Source: an uncultured Chloroflexia bacterium (GTDB taxonomy: Bacteria; Chloroflexota; Chloroflexia; QHBQ01; JADMIH01). Taken from it: a DNA stretch of 64,000 bases. A program made the position numbers and the translations under genes. The stretch is from contig CAWEQU010000005.1 in the NCBI GenBank assembly GCA_963811305.1, positions 11,314 to 75,313 on the forward strand, written 5' to 3'. The notes under the pieces are model-generated. The model searched no databases. It was not told the origin of the DNA and saw only the letters and a program-made list of their open reading frames with translations. Positions 46,280 to 54,274 of the stretch are shown here, one piece after another. Position 1 is the first letter of the stretch; the number at the start of each line of letters is the position of its first letter.

Positions 46280-46362
46280 CCAATTACGAATTACGAATTA
46301 CGGGGTGAACTTCACAATTCGTAATTCGTAATTCGTAATTCGTAATTCGTAATTCGTAATTA
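46280..46362. repeat. Heptamer hairpin (GAATTAC x3 / loop / GTAATTC x7) filling the stop-to-ATG gap
   Basis: TGA(46277-79) ccaattacgaattacgaattacgg ggtgaacttcac aattcgtaattcgtaattcgtaattcgtaattcgtaattcgtaattac cATG(46365). Confidence 0.9.
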
Positions 46363-46364
46363 CC

Positions 46365-47543
46365 ATGCGTATCCTCCACATCATATACGACGACATAGAG
46401 AACCTCTGGGTTGGTGGAGGGGGAGCTACGCGCACGCTGGAGATATACAGCCGCATTGCGCGAATGGGACACAGGGTGGTGGTCGTTTGCGGCAACTACC
46501 CGGGCGCTCCACGCAGGCATACCCGCATGGGCATCACCTACCGTCACGTGGGCGCGGCAAGCCCCTACGCATGGAGCAGGCTCACCTTTATGCCAGGTGC
46601 TGCACGCTTGATAAAGCGTGGGGGCTATGATATAGTCATCGAGGATGTTTCGCCTTTCTCACCGGTCGGAGCGCCCCTATGGTGCGGGCACGCCCCTGCC
46701 GTAGCCAGCGTGCAAAACCTCTCAGGGAGCCACGCTATCGCCAAGTATGGCTTGCTGGGTTGGGGGCCACGCCTCATAGAAAGACCGCTGCTATCGCTCT
46801 TCAGAAACTTCGTCGCGGTATCGCCCGGCATAGCTGATCAACTCAAGGAACGCTTCGGCTCGAAGAATGTCAGGGTAATCCCGAACAGCGTAGGCCAGGG
46901 CTTTCTGGAAGCTGCCGCAACACAAGAGGAACCTGTTGCCGAGGGAAGATACATACTCTCTCTTGGCAGGATTGACGTGTATCAAAAGGGGCTGGATAGA
47001 CTTATCGCAGCATTTGACCAGGTCGCTGACCAGTTGCCCGATACCAGGCTTATCATCGCCGGGGATGGTACATCCGGCCAGGCAGACGCACTGCGCTCGC
47101 TTGTCGCACGTGCGCGACACGCTGCAAGGATCAAACTGGCAGGCAAGGTGGACCAGGCAGAAGCTGCGACACTGATGAAGGGGGCCGCTCTGCTGGCAAT
47201 GCCCTCCCGGTACGAGGCATGGCCTCTAGCGGCGATTGAGGCAGGAGCCGTGGGCACACCAGCCGTAGGGTCGGACATAATCGGAGTGAGAGACGCTGCC
47301 CCGCAATTCCCAAAGGCGCATGGTGAACTCGTTCCGGAGGGTGACATCGAAGCCCTTACGAGGACCATGTTGAAAGTGCTCACCAACCAGAACCTGCGGC
47401 ATGATATGGGCGAGCAAGGCAAAGCCTGGGCATCCCGCTTCACCTGGGATGCCCTCGCCGAGGAGCAAAGCGCGTTCTATGAAGAATTACTTCGCGCGAA
47501 ACGTGAAAATTCGACCATCAAAACACCAAAAGCACAATCATAG
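46365..47543 (+). CDS. Glycosyltransferase family 4 (GT-B)
   Basis: MRILHIIYD..GGGATRTLEIY N-terminal domain and the C-terminal EAWPLAAIEAGAVGTPAVGSD motif. Confidence 0.85.
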   Translation: MRILHIIYDDIENLWVGGGGATRTLEIYSRIARMGHRVVVVCGNYPGAPRRHTRMGITYRHVGAASPYAWSRLTFMPGAARLIKRGGYDIVIEDVSPFSPVGAPLWCGHAPAVASVQNLSGSHAIAKYGLLGWGPRLIERPLLSLFRNFVAVSPGIADQLKERFGSKNVRVIPNSVGQGFLEAAATQEEPVAEGRYILSLGRIDVYQKGLDRLIAAFDQVADQLPDTRLIIAGDGTSGQADALRSLVARARHAARIKLAGKVDQAEAATLMKGAALLAMPSRYEAWPLAAIEAGAVGTPAVGSDIIGVRDAAPQFPKAHGELVPEGDIEALTRTMLKVLTNQNLRHDMGEQGKAWASRFTWDALAEEQSAFYEELLRAKRENSTIKTPKAQS

Positions 47544-47615
47544 CGTCACACATATTTACCAAACCGCAGAGGCGCAGAGACGCTGAGGTTCGATAGAGAG
47601 TAAAATTAAGGACCA

Positions 47616-47667
47616 ACGCATCACGTTTCATCGTCCATCGTCCATCGTCCATCGTCCGGCATCACGC
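47616..47667. repeat. Heptamer array (CACGTTT, CATCGTC x4, CACGCAT) abutting the ATG at 47668
   Basis: cgcatcacgtttcatcgtccatcgtccatcgtccatcgtccggcatcacgcATG. Confidence 0.8.
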
Positions 47668-48807
47668 ATGATACTATTCATCACCCGCAAACACCCTCCA
47701 TCGGTCGGGGGGATGCAGAAGTTGAGCCAGAGCCTCACCAAGGAGGTGGGCAGGCTCACCCCCACAAGCACCATCTACTGGGGAGGCTCGACCCTGTTCG
47801 TCCCCTTCTTCATCGTCTACGCTTTTCTGAAGGCTATATTCACCGTGCCGCGCTCCAACCACGTCAAGCTAATCCACCTGTCGGACGCTCTCCTGACCCC
47901 GCTGGGGCTAGCGCTGAGAACGCTTCTGCGCGTGCCTGTGGTCGTCACGGTACACGGCCTGGACGTGACCTACTCCAATCGCCTCTACCAGTGGCTAATC
48001 CCGCGCTGTCTGAAGCGCATGGACAAGATAATCTGCGTGAGCAGCTACACGCGCCACCAGTGCATCAAGCGGGGCGTGCCTGCCAACCTGTGCGTGGTCA
48101 TACCAAACGGGGTGAACATGCTGGAGTTTGGGGACCAGTATACCCAGCAGGGGATGCGCAACATCCAGCACCTGGCCGGGCGGGCGCTTCGAGGGCGTAA
48201 GGTGCTGCTCACGGTAGGTCGCCTTATCGAGCGCAAAGGAGTAGTACACTTCCTCACCGAGGTCATGCCTCGTATGCTGGCGCAACGGCAGGACTTCTGC
48301 TACATGATTGTGGGGGAAGGTCCGCAACGCGAGCTTATAGAGACGCGTATAACATCCCTGCATCTTGAAGACCACGTAGTCCTGCTCGGGCGCGTAGACG
48401 ACGACACCTTGCGGGCGGCATACTACCTGACCGACCTCTTTATCATGCCTAACATACCCGTGCAAAACGATATAGAGGGCTTCGGCCTAGTCGCGCTTGA
48501 GGCGGCGGCGGCAGGACGCTACGTGGTGGCCTCTCGCCTCGACGGCATACCGGAGGCGATAGTCCCCGGCCAGAATGGAATGCTACTCGACCCCCTCGAT
48601 AGCGAGGCCTTCGCCACCACCATACTCGACTTGCTGGCAGATGATGAAAAGAGGCAGATTCTGGGCCATCAGGCACGCGAGTTCGTGAGGGACCGCTACT
48701 CGTGGGATATAGTCGCCCGCCGCTACCAGCAGGTGTTCATGCAGGTCACGCAATCGCAGCGCCCGGCGATGGACGACGGGCGACGGACGACAGACGACGG
48801 ACGATGA
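47668..48807 (+). CDS. Glycosyltransferase family 4 (GT-B)
   Basis: ITRKHPPSVGGMQK and EGFGLVALEAAAAGRYVVASRLDGIPE. The last 12 codons ([12 protein letters not shown]) are encoded by heptamer repeats. Confidence 0.85.
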   Translation: MILFITRKHPPSVGGMQKLSQSLTKEVGRLTPTSTIYWGGSTLFVPFFIVYAFLKAIFTVPRSNHVKLIHLSDALLTPLGLALRTLLRVPVVVTVHGLDVTYSNRLYQWLIPRCLKRMDKIICVSSYTRHQCIKRGVPANLCVVIPNGVNMLEFGDQYTQQGMRNIQHLAGRALRGRKVLLTVGRLIERKGVVHFLTEVMPRMLAQRQDFCYMIVGEGPQRELIETRITSLHLEDHVVLLGRVDDDTLRAAYYLTDLFIMPNIPVQNDIEGFGLVALEAAAAGRYVVASRLDGIPEAIVPGQNGMLLDPLDSEAFATTILDLLADDEKRQILGHQAREFVRDRYSWDIVARRYQQVFMQVTQSQRPAMDDGRRTTDDGR

Positions 48808-48923
48808 ACGCGTGATGCGTGAATTAATCCGTCTTTCGTCCTTCATCCTTCATCCTTCGTCCCTAACATATCCTCCGGAGGCTCAGGACCCATCTGTCGT
48901 CCGTCGTCCGCCGTCCGTCGTCC
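48768..48923. repeat. Nested heptamer palindrome overlapping the 3' end of one gene and the 5' end of the next
   Basis: The arm ggacgacgggcgacggacgacagacgacggacgatgaa (48771-48808) pairs with ctgtcgtccgtcgtccgccgtccgtcgtcc (48894-48923). An inner segment ttcgtccttcatccttcatccttcgtcc lies between. Confidence 0.7.
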
Positions 48924-50086
48924 TCCTGGGCTGGTACGGGAGTGACAACATTGGGGACGAGGCGGTGCTTGAGGCCACCATGACCGCGCTCCGCAAGCGT
49001 GGATTCACCGACCTGCACGTACTCTCCACTGACCCGGCAAGGACCGCAAAGCAATTAGACGTGACAAGCTCTCGTAGGAACCTGAGCCTGGAGACGTTAC
49101 GTGCCTTGCGCGGTGCGAGGGCACTCGTGCTGGGTGGGGGAGGGCTGATCCAGGACGGTACGAGCGTGTATAACCTCCCGATTTATGCATTCTTCGTTGC
49201 TGTGGCGCGACTGATGGGCCTCAAGGTGATAGGCTGGGGGTTGGGCGTCGAACCTATCTGGACGAACCTGGGGAAGCTTCTGGCGCGGTTCATCTGCCGC
49301 AATGCCGCCCATTTCAGCGTGCGCGACCGAGTGTCATTACGGCTGCTTCTCCAGGCTGGAGTACCCGAAAGCCAAGTCGAAGTGACCGCAGACCCTGCGT
49401 TCCTGATCAACCCTGCACGCCCTACCAGGAGCATATCCAGTAATCCTCCCAAAGTAGTCTTCTGCTTGCGAAGCCTATCGGATAATCATCCAGGTATAAA
49501 TCCCCACTATCTCCTGCCCGTCAGCGTGCGCCAACGCCTCGGCGTGGGTTGGAGGCCGCCTCCTGAGCGCAAAGAGCGGCTCGTACATGCGCTGGCCCGC
49601 GGCGTGGCCGTATGCGTGTCTGAGTTTGGTGTAACGGTCGAGATGCTACCCCTATGGCCGGGGCGCGACGATGCGATGCTGGATGCGGTAGAGCATGAGG
49701 CGCAGAAGCTGGGTGTGCCTCCCGGAAAAATCAGGCGGGCAGAGGTCGAGCAGACACCGCAAGCTATCGCTTCATACCTGGCTTCCGCCGACTTGCTGGT
49801 AAGCATGAGGCTGCACGCCCTTATCTTCGCGGCGAGCGCAGGCGTGCCCTCACTGTCACTGGCCTATGCTCGCAAAATGCGTGGGCTGATGGCGTCACTC
49901 GGTATGGCTCGGTGGGTAGTCGAGGTAGATAGACGATCACCACCGCCCGAGGAAGTAGAGATGAAGCTACGTCAGTTATGGGCGTTACGTACCCAGGAAG
50001 GATTGAAGATAAAAGGTGCGGCAGAGCACGCCCATCAGCGAGCAGAGAATGATGCGGATGCCATCGCAGACGTGCTCATAAGATAA
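48812..50086 (+). CDS. Polysaccharide pyruvyl transferase family protein (CsaB-like)
   Basis: LLGWYGSDNIGDEAVLEA and LVLGGGGLIQDGTS motifs. The first ~37 codons are repeat-encoded and the true start is uncertain. Confidence 0.7.
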   Translation: MMRELIRLSSFILHPSSLTYPPEAQDPSVVRRPPSVVLLGWYGSDNIGDEAVLEATMTALRKRGFTDLHVLSTDPARTAKQLDVTSSRRNLSLETLRALRGARALVLGGGGLIQDGTSVYNLPIYAFFVAVARLMGLKVIGWGLGVEPIWTNLGKLLARFICRNAAHFSVRDRVSLRLLLQAGVPESQVEVTADPAFLINPARPTRSISSNPPKVVFCLRSLSDNHPGINPHYLLPVSVRQRLGVGWRPPPERKERLVHALARGVAVCVSEFGVTVEMLPLWPGRDDAMLDAVEHEAQKLGVPPGKIRRAEVEQTPQAIASYLASADLLVSMRLHALIFAASAGVPSLSLAYARKMRGLMASLGMARWVVEVDRRSPPPEEVEMKLRQLWALRTQEGLKIKGAAEHAHQRAENDADAIADVLIR

Positions 50087-50089
50087 CCT

Positions 50090-50117
50090 GTACGGGCGGC
50101 TCGCGAGCCGCCCGTAC
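50090..50117. repeat. GC-rich hairpin unit (GTACGGGCGGCTCG/CGAGCCGCCCGTAC) just after the stop
   Basis: The 28-nt stretch gtacgggcggctcgcgagccgcccgtac is a perfect palindrome. No T-run follows. Confidence 0.55.
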
Positions 50118-50134
50118 GGATTACATCTGACGGC

Positions 50135-50260
50135 TTGAATTACGCTCTTAGGGTCGCCCAGGGTAAAGGCCATGTTAGCGCATTCGCCTACAATAAGGAG
50201 GAGTACCTGAAGCGCGTGATAGAGTTCTTCGACAAGTGGCTGGCAACTGGTATCCGGTAA
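50135..50260 (+). pseudogene. Relic C-terminal fragment (41 codons) of an alpha/beta-hydrolase-like protein
   Basis: Hand translation: LNYALRVAQGKGHVSAFAYNKEEYLKRVIEFFDKWLATGIR*. This is the ..G.GH.F....e...+.i.eFf.k.L tail typical of S9/DLH-type hydrolases. There is no upstream coding continuation. Confidence 0.35.
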
Positions 50261-50293
50261 GCAACGCGCAGGTACGCCAACAAGGAGGCTATA

Positions 50294-50989
50294 GTGGACG
50301 AAGCCGATAACGCCCTACCAACCTGGCTTGACCTGTACGATTACCGCTTATGTGTGGCCGACATGTACCGCGAGCGAACAGCGGCACTCAGGGCGGGCGA
50401 GGAAGACAGCGCGGTTTGCGCGCGCTTCCGTGCGAAGAAGGACGCTCTATTCGCCGCGCACCCACAGTCCGTCTTCACGCCGGAAGACCGCCTCACGTTC
50501 GACGGACTGCGTTATTTCCCCTATGACCCCGATTTCCGAGTAGAAGCTTTGTTGGAGAGTGCCGAGGATGATGAAGAATTCCGATACACTACCGGAGGCA
50601 CGCAGATAACACCGTTACGTCGTGCAGCGAAGGTAATATTCACGCTTGCCAACAGTGCTATCGAGTTAACAGTCTACTGGATAGATGTATATGGCGGTGG
50701 ATTATTCCTCCCCTTTCGAGACCTGACATGCCCCGACCAGAGTTACGGGGGCGGGCGTTACCTCTTCGACACGATCAAGGGGAGCGATTTTCTTTACACC
50801 CCAGGCGAGTCGCTCACATCAAAAGGCGTGGGTGTACGGGGCTACGCTGGCGGGACTATTATCCTGGACTTCAACTACGCTTACAATCCGTCATGCGCCT
50901 ATGACTCAAGATGGGTCTGCCCCCTGGCGCCGAGGGAGAACTGGCTGCCTGTACCAGTTCGCGCAGGCGAGCGAAAATATCATGAATAG
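50294..50989 (+). CDS. DUF1684 domain protein
   Basis: GTG start with AAGGAGG 5 nt upstream. GGGRYLFD..ILDFNYAYNPSCAYDSRWVCPLAPRENWLPVPVRAGERKY is the DUF1684 signature as I recall it. Confidence 0.8.
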   Translation: MDEADNALPTWLDLYDYRLCVADMYRERTAALRAGEEDSAVCARFRAKKDALFAAHPQSVFTPEDRLTFDGLRYFPYDPDFRVEALLESAEDDEEFRYTTGGTQITPLRRAAKVIFTLANSAIELTVYWIDVYGGGLFLPFRDLTCPDQSYGGGRYLFDTIKGSDFLYTPGESLTSKGVGVRGYAGGTIILDFNYAYNPSCAYDSRWVCPLAPRENWLPVPVRAGERKYHE

Positions 50990-51176
50990 TCATTCTCCCG
51001 TAGGGGCGCGGCACGCCGCGCCCGCCCTGTTCACCACAAGTCTAGCCATCCCAGGGCAGGCACGGGGACCTGTCCCTACCTAACATATGGCGAGCTAGCT
51101 TGACACCGCATAGTCAGTGTGCTATCTTGCCCAGAGCCGCATAGCGTGCCTGAATTATGGGAGGCATCTAACCAGC

Positions 51177-51998
51177 GTGACCAACGCAGAGCCACACGGG
51201 ACAGACAGCCCGCATATCGAAAACAACACTCTCGCTCAGGGAGAAACAAAAGATAAGAAGTCCGGGGACGACCAGGAATTGCGCCTCTCGGTCGTAATCC
51301 CCATGTACAACGAAACGAGCCGTATAAGCGATACTATACCCCCCCTCCTGGCATATTTCTCCGGCCAGCCTTACAAGTATGAATTCGTGATAGTGGACGA
51401 CGGCTCCACCGACGGCACTGCGGAGTTAGCACGCAAGCTATTTGCTCCGGCAGAGAACATGCGAGTGCTAGAGAAACACCCCAACAAAGGTAAGGGGAGC
51501 GCGATAAGGGCGGGTATGCTGGCCGCGAAGGGCAAGGTGGTGCTATTCTGCGACGCAGACCTCGCCACGCCGCCGGGGGAGCTTGACAAGTTCTGGCGTT
51601 GGCTCGATGCAGGGTATGATGTGGTCATCGGCTCGCGCAAGATGGAAGGGGCTAACATCACCCGCCACCAGCCGAAGTGGCGCGAGAGCCTGGGCAAAGT
51701 TTTCACCTGGCTCACCAACAGGCTCGCCACGCGTGGCATCTCCGACGTGACGTGCGGCTTCAAATGCTTCAGCCGCGACGCCGCCCGTGAGTTGTTCTCC
51801 CGCGCCAGACTGAACGACTGGAGCTTCGACGCGGAAGTGCTCTTTATCGCCCAGCACCGAGGCTACCGGATAAAAGAAGTACCCGTCACTTGGCACGATA
51901 AACCGGGCACGAAGGTGCGCCTCCTCCAGGATGCGACACGCTCCCTGGCAGGCTTGATGAAGATACGCCTCAACGGGCTGAGGGGGAAGTACAAGTAG
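51177..51998 (+). CDS. Glycosyltransferase family 2 (dolichyl/polyprenyl-phosphate glycosyltransferase-like)
   Basis: LSVVIPMYNE and FVIVDDGSTDGT..DADL motifs. The start could be GTG 51177 or further upstream at 51117. Confidence 0.8.
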   Translation: MTNAEPHGTDSPHIENNTLAQGETKDKKSGDDQELRLSVVIPMYNETSRISDTIPPLLAYFSGQPYKYEFVIVDDGSTDGTAELARKLFAPAENMRVLEKHPNKGKGSAIRAGMLAAKGKVVLFCDADLATPPGELDKFWRWLDAGYDVVIGSRKMEGANITRHQPKWRESLGKVFTWLTNRLATRGISDVTCGFKCFSRDAARELFSRARLNDWSFDAEVLFIAQHRGYRIKEVPVTWHDKPGTKVRLLQDATRSLAGLMKIRLNGLRGKYK

Positions 51999-52183
51999 AC
52001 GTGATGCGTGATGAAACGTGAAACGTGAAACGTGAGAGCAGTGCTTATTCGAAACTCCAATACTCAACAAATCTCTGCGTCTCTGCGCCTCTGCGGTAAA
52101 CCTTAAAAAACTTGGCGTTCTTGGTCCCCTTGGCATCTTGGCGTTTAATAATCACGCATCACGCATCACGTTTCACGTTTCAG
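51999..52183. repeat. Composite heptamer element filling the stop-to-ATG gap (ACGTGAA/ATGCGTG arm, CTCTGCG x3, CTTGGCG units, CACGCAT/CACGTTT arm)
   Basis: acgtgatgcgtgatgaaacgtgaaacgtgaaacgtgag..ctctgcgtctctgcgcctctgcgg..cttggcgttcttggtccccttggcatcttggcg..atcacgcatcacgcatcacgtttcacgtttcag. The outer arms are complementary. Confidence 0.8.
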
Positions 52184-52185
52184 AA

Positions 52186-54270
52186 ATGGCCCTTAGCTCC
52201 CCCCAAACCTACTTACATCTTCTCATAGCGCTTTTGATGCTCGCGCTGCCTGGCATGGCGGTCATAATGGCGCTACGGCGCTGGCTGGACAGACAGCCAA
52301 TGGGCTTCGTGAGTGCCCTCCTTCCGGGCTTTGGGCTGAGTATAGCTCTGTGGCCTCTCCTCTTGCTGTATATCTCCCTGGTCGGACTGAGCTTCACGCC
52401 CTGGCTGGTGTGGGCGGTGCTGGTTCTGTCAGGCGGGTATGTCCTGTACGAAGCTGTACGTCAAAAGGCAGAAGGCAGCGGGCAGAAGGCAGAAACTGAC
52501 CTTACACAAAACTCTCACGCCTCACGTTTCACGTCTCACGTTTCACGTTTCACCCTCCTCTCGTTACTCGCCCTCACCCTCCTCTACCAGGCATTTAGAC
52601 TGGGCGACGTCGCCGGGCTATCTGTACCCATGTTTGGCGACTCCATGCACCATACCATGATCACTACCCTGATCGTGGACGGCGGCAAAGTCCCAACAGG
52701 CTATCTCCCCTACGTACCCGTAGATACGTTCACTTACCACTTCGGCTTCCACACCATGGCGGCGGTCTTCGCCATGCTGACAGGCTCCACGCCTGAGTAT
52801 GCAGTGCTGTTGCTTGGGCAGGTGCTTATCACCCTCTCAGTGCCCCTTGCTTACCTGCTCAACCGCGTGCTATTTGGATCAAGGCTGGCGGGGCTGGGGT
52901 CTGCGTTCCTTACAGCGGTGGTCTCCCTCATGCCCGCGTTTTACGTCAACTGGGGCAGATACACGCAGCTATCCGGGCATCTGCTCTTGATAGTTGCGCT
53001 CGTTGCGCTTGTGCGTGTGATGCGGCCCGGACCATTAACGAGGCGTACCGACTTCGTCTTGCTGATACTGTCGGTGGGTGGACTGGTGGTGGTGCATTAC
53101 CGCATCCTTTTATTCTTCGGCCTCTTCGCTATCGCGCTCGGCACATGGCAATTAGCCGCACAGTGGGGCAGGTGGCGCGACCTGCTCTCCGCCTGGGGAC
53201 GCTCCATCGCCGCGATGGCATTGGGTCTCCTACTGGCGCTGCCCTGGATAATCAACCTCATCACGAACTACATACGCGGTCTGGTAGAGCGGCTGGGCAC
53301 TGTCACCGCCGACTATCTATCGTTGTACAACGACCCAAACACGCTCCTCATACATCTCGGTAGAGTGCTGCCATTGGTCGCGCTCCTGGGGCTTGTCGCG
53401 GGCGTGGTAAACCTGTGGCAATCCCGCGCCAAAGGCCCCGCGCGGCGAGACAATGGCAAGATGGAGAGCGTGAGTGCTCCGCCCCTTCCACCATACGCTG
53501 CCTGCCTGGTCCTCACGTTGTGGGCCGAGCTACTGGTTGCCAGCCTGTGGGTCGTGCCGGGGGCGATTGGCAGCTACACGGTGGCAATCACGCTTTATAT
53601 ACCCTTGAGCGCGCTGGGTGGTTACGGCATCAGATCGCTCTGCACCCTGGTGCAGCGATTCTTGAGGGTGCCGAGGTGGGTATTTACTCCACTGCTCGTG
53701 TTGGTCGCGCCTATATTCGCATTTCTACTGGGCACGGCCCACGTCGCGGCACCTGCGACTTTCAACTACCTCCAGGGAGCGGACGAGCGAGCGTTCCAGT
53801 GGGTGAAATCGAACGTCCCCGGTAGTGCTAAGTTCCTCATTTCCTCGGAGTTCTCATACTCCGGGAGGGCCGTCACCGCCAGTGATGCGGGTATGTGGCT
53901 ACCCCTACTTACAGGTAGAAATGTAAGCGTGCCCGCCCTTAACTCATGGATGGAGCGCCCGATTGAGACCGATTTCTTCACTCGCACACGCCAGCTCGCG
54001 GCTTACACCCAGCCTGTCACGCCTCTATCAGTAGGAGGCACGACACAGGCCGAGCTTGTCAGGCGCAAGATCATCCAGGAGGAGCACTCCCTCAGCGACC
54101 CGGCGGCGCTCGATCTCATGCGCGGGCTAGGCGTTACACATGTGTACGTAGGGGCGCAAGCTGGCGCATCCAAACCTCGCCTGGACGTACTCGCTTTGCG
54201 TAGGGACACAGACCACTACAAGCTACTCTACTTCGAGGAAGGGGTGTACATATTCGAGGTGGTATACTGA
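52186..54270 (+). CDS. Large polytopic membrane protein with an extracytoplasmic C-terminal domain (possible GT-C-type glycosyltransferase), containing an in-frame heptamer-repeat insert
   Basis: Start MALSSPQTYLHLL. More than 12 hydrophobic helices. The loop QKAEGSGQKAETDLTQNSHASRFTSHVSRFT is encoded by GGCAGAA and CACGTTT repeats (52462-52554). Function is not established. Confidence 0.6.
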   Translation: MALSSPQTYLHLLIALLMLALPGMAVIMALRRWLDRQPMGFVSALLPGFGLSIALWPLLLLYISLVGLSFTPWLVWAVLVLSGGYVLYEAVRQKAEGSGQKAETDLTQNSHASRFTSHVSRFTLLSLLALTLLYQAFRLGDVAGLSVPMFGDSMHHTMITTLIVDGGKVPTGYLPYVPVDTFTYHFGFHTMAAVFAMLTGSTPEYAVLLLGQVLITLSVPLAYLLNRVLFGSRLAGLGSAFLTAVVSLMPAFYVNWGRYTQLSGHLLLIVALVALVRVMRPGPLTRRTDFVLLILSVGGLVVVHYRILLFFGLFAIALGTWQLAAQWGRWRDLLSAWGRSIAAMALGLLLALPWIINLITNYIRGLVERLGTVTADYLSLYNDPNTLLIHLGRVLPLVALLGLVAGVVNLWQSRAKGPARRDNGKMESVSAPPLPPYAACLVLTLWAELLVASLWVVPGAIGSYTVAITLYIPLSALGGYGIRSLCTLVQRFLRVPRWVFTPLLVLVAPIFAFLLGTAHVAAPATFNYLQGADERAFQWVKSNVPGSAKFLISSEFSYSGRAVTASDAGMWLPLLTGRNVSVPALNSWMERPIETDFFTRTRQLAAYTQPVTPLSVGGTTQAELVRRKIIQEEHSLSDPAALDLMRGLGVTHVYVGAQAGASKPRLDVLALRRDTDHYKLLYFEEGVYIFEVVY

Positions 54271-54274
54271 GCGC

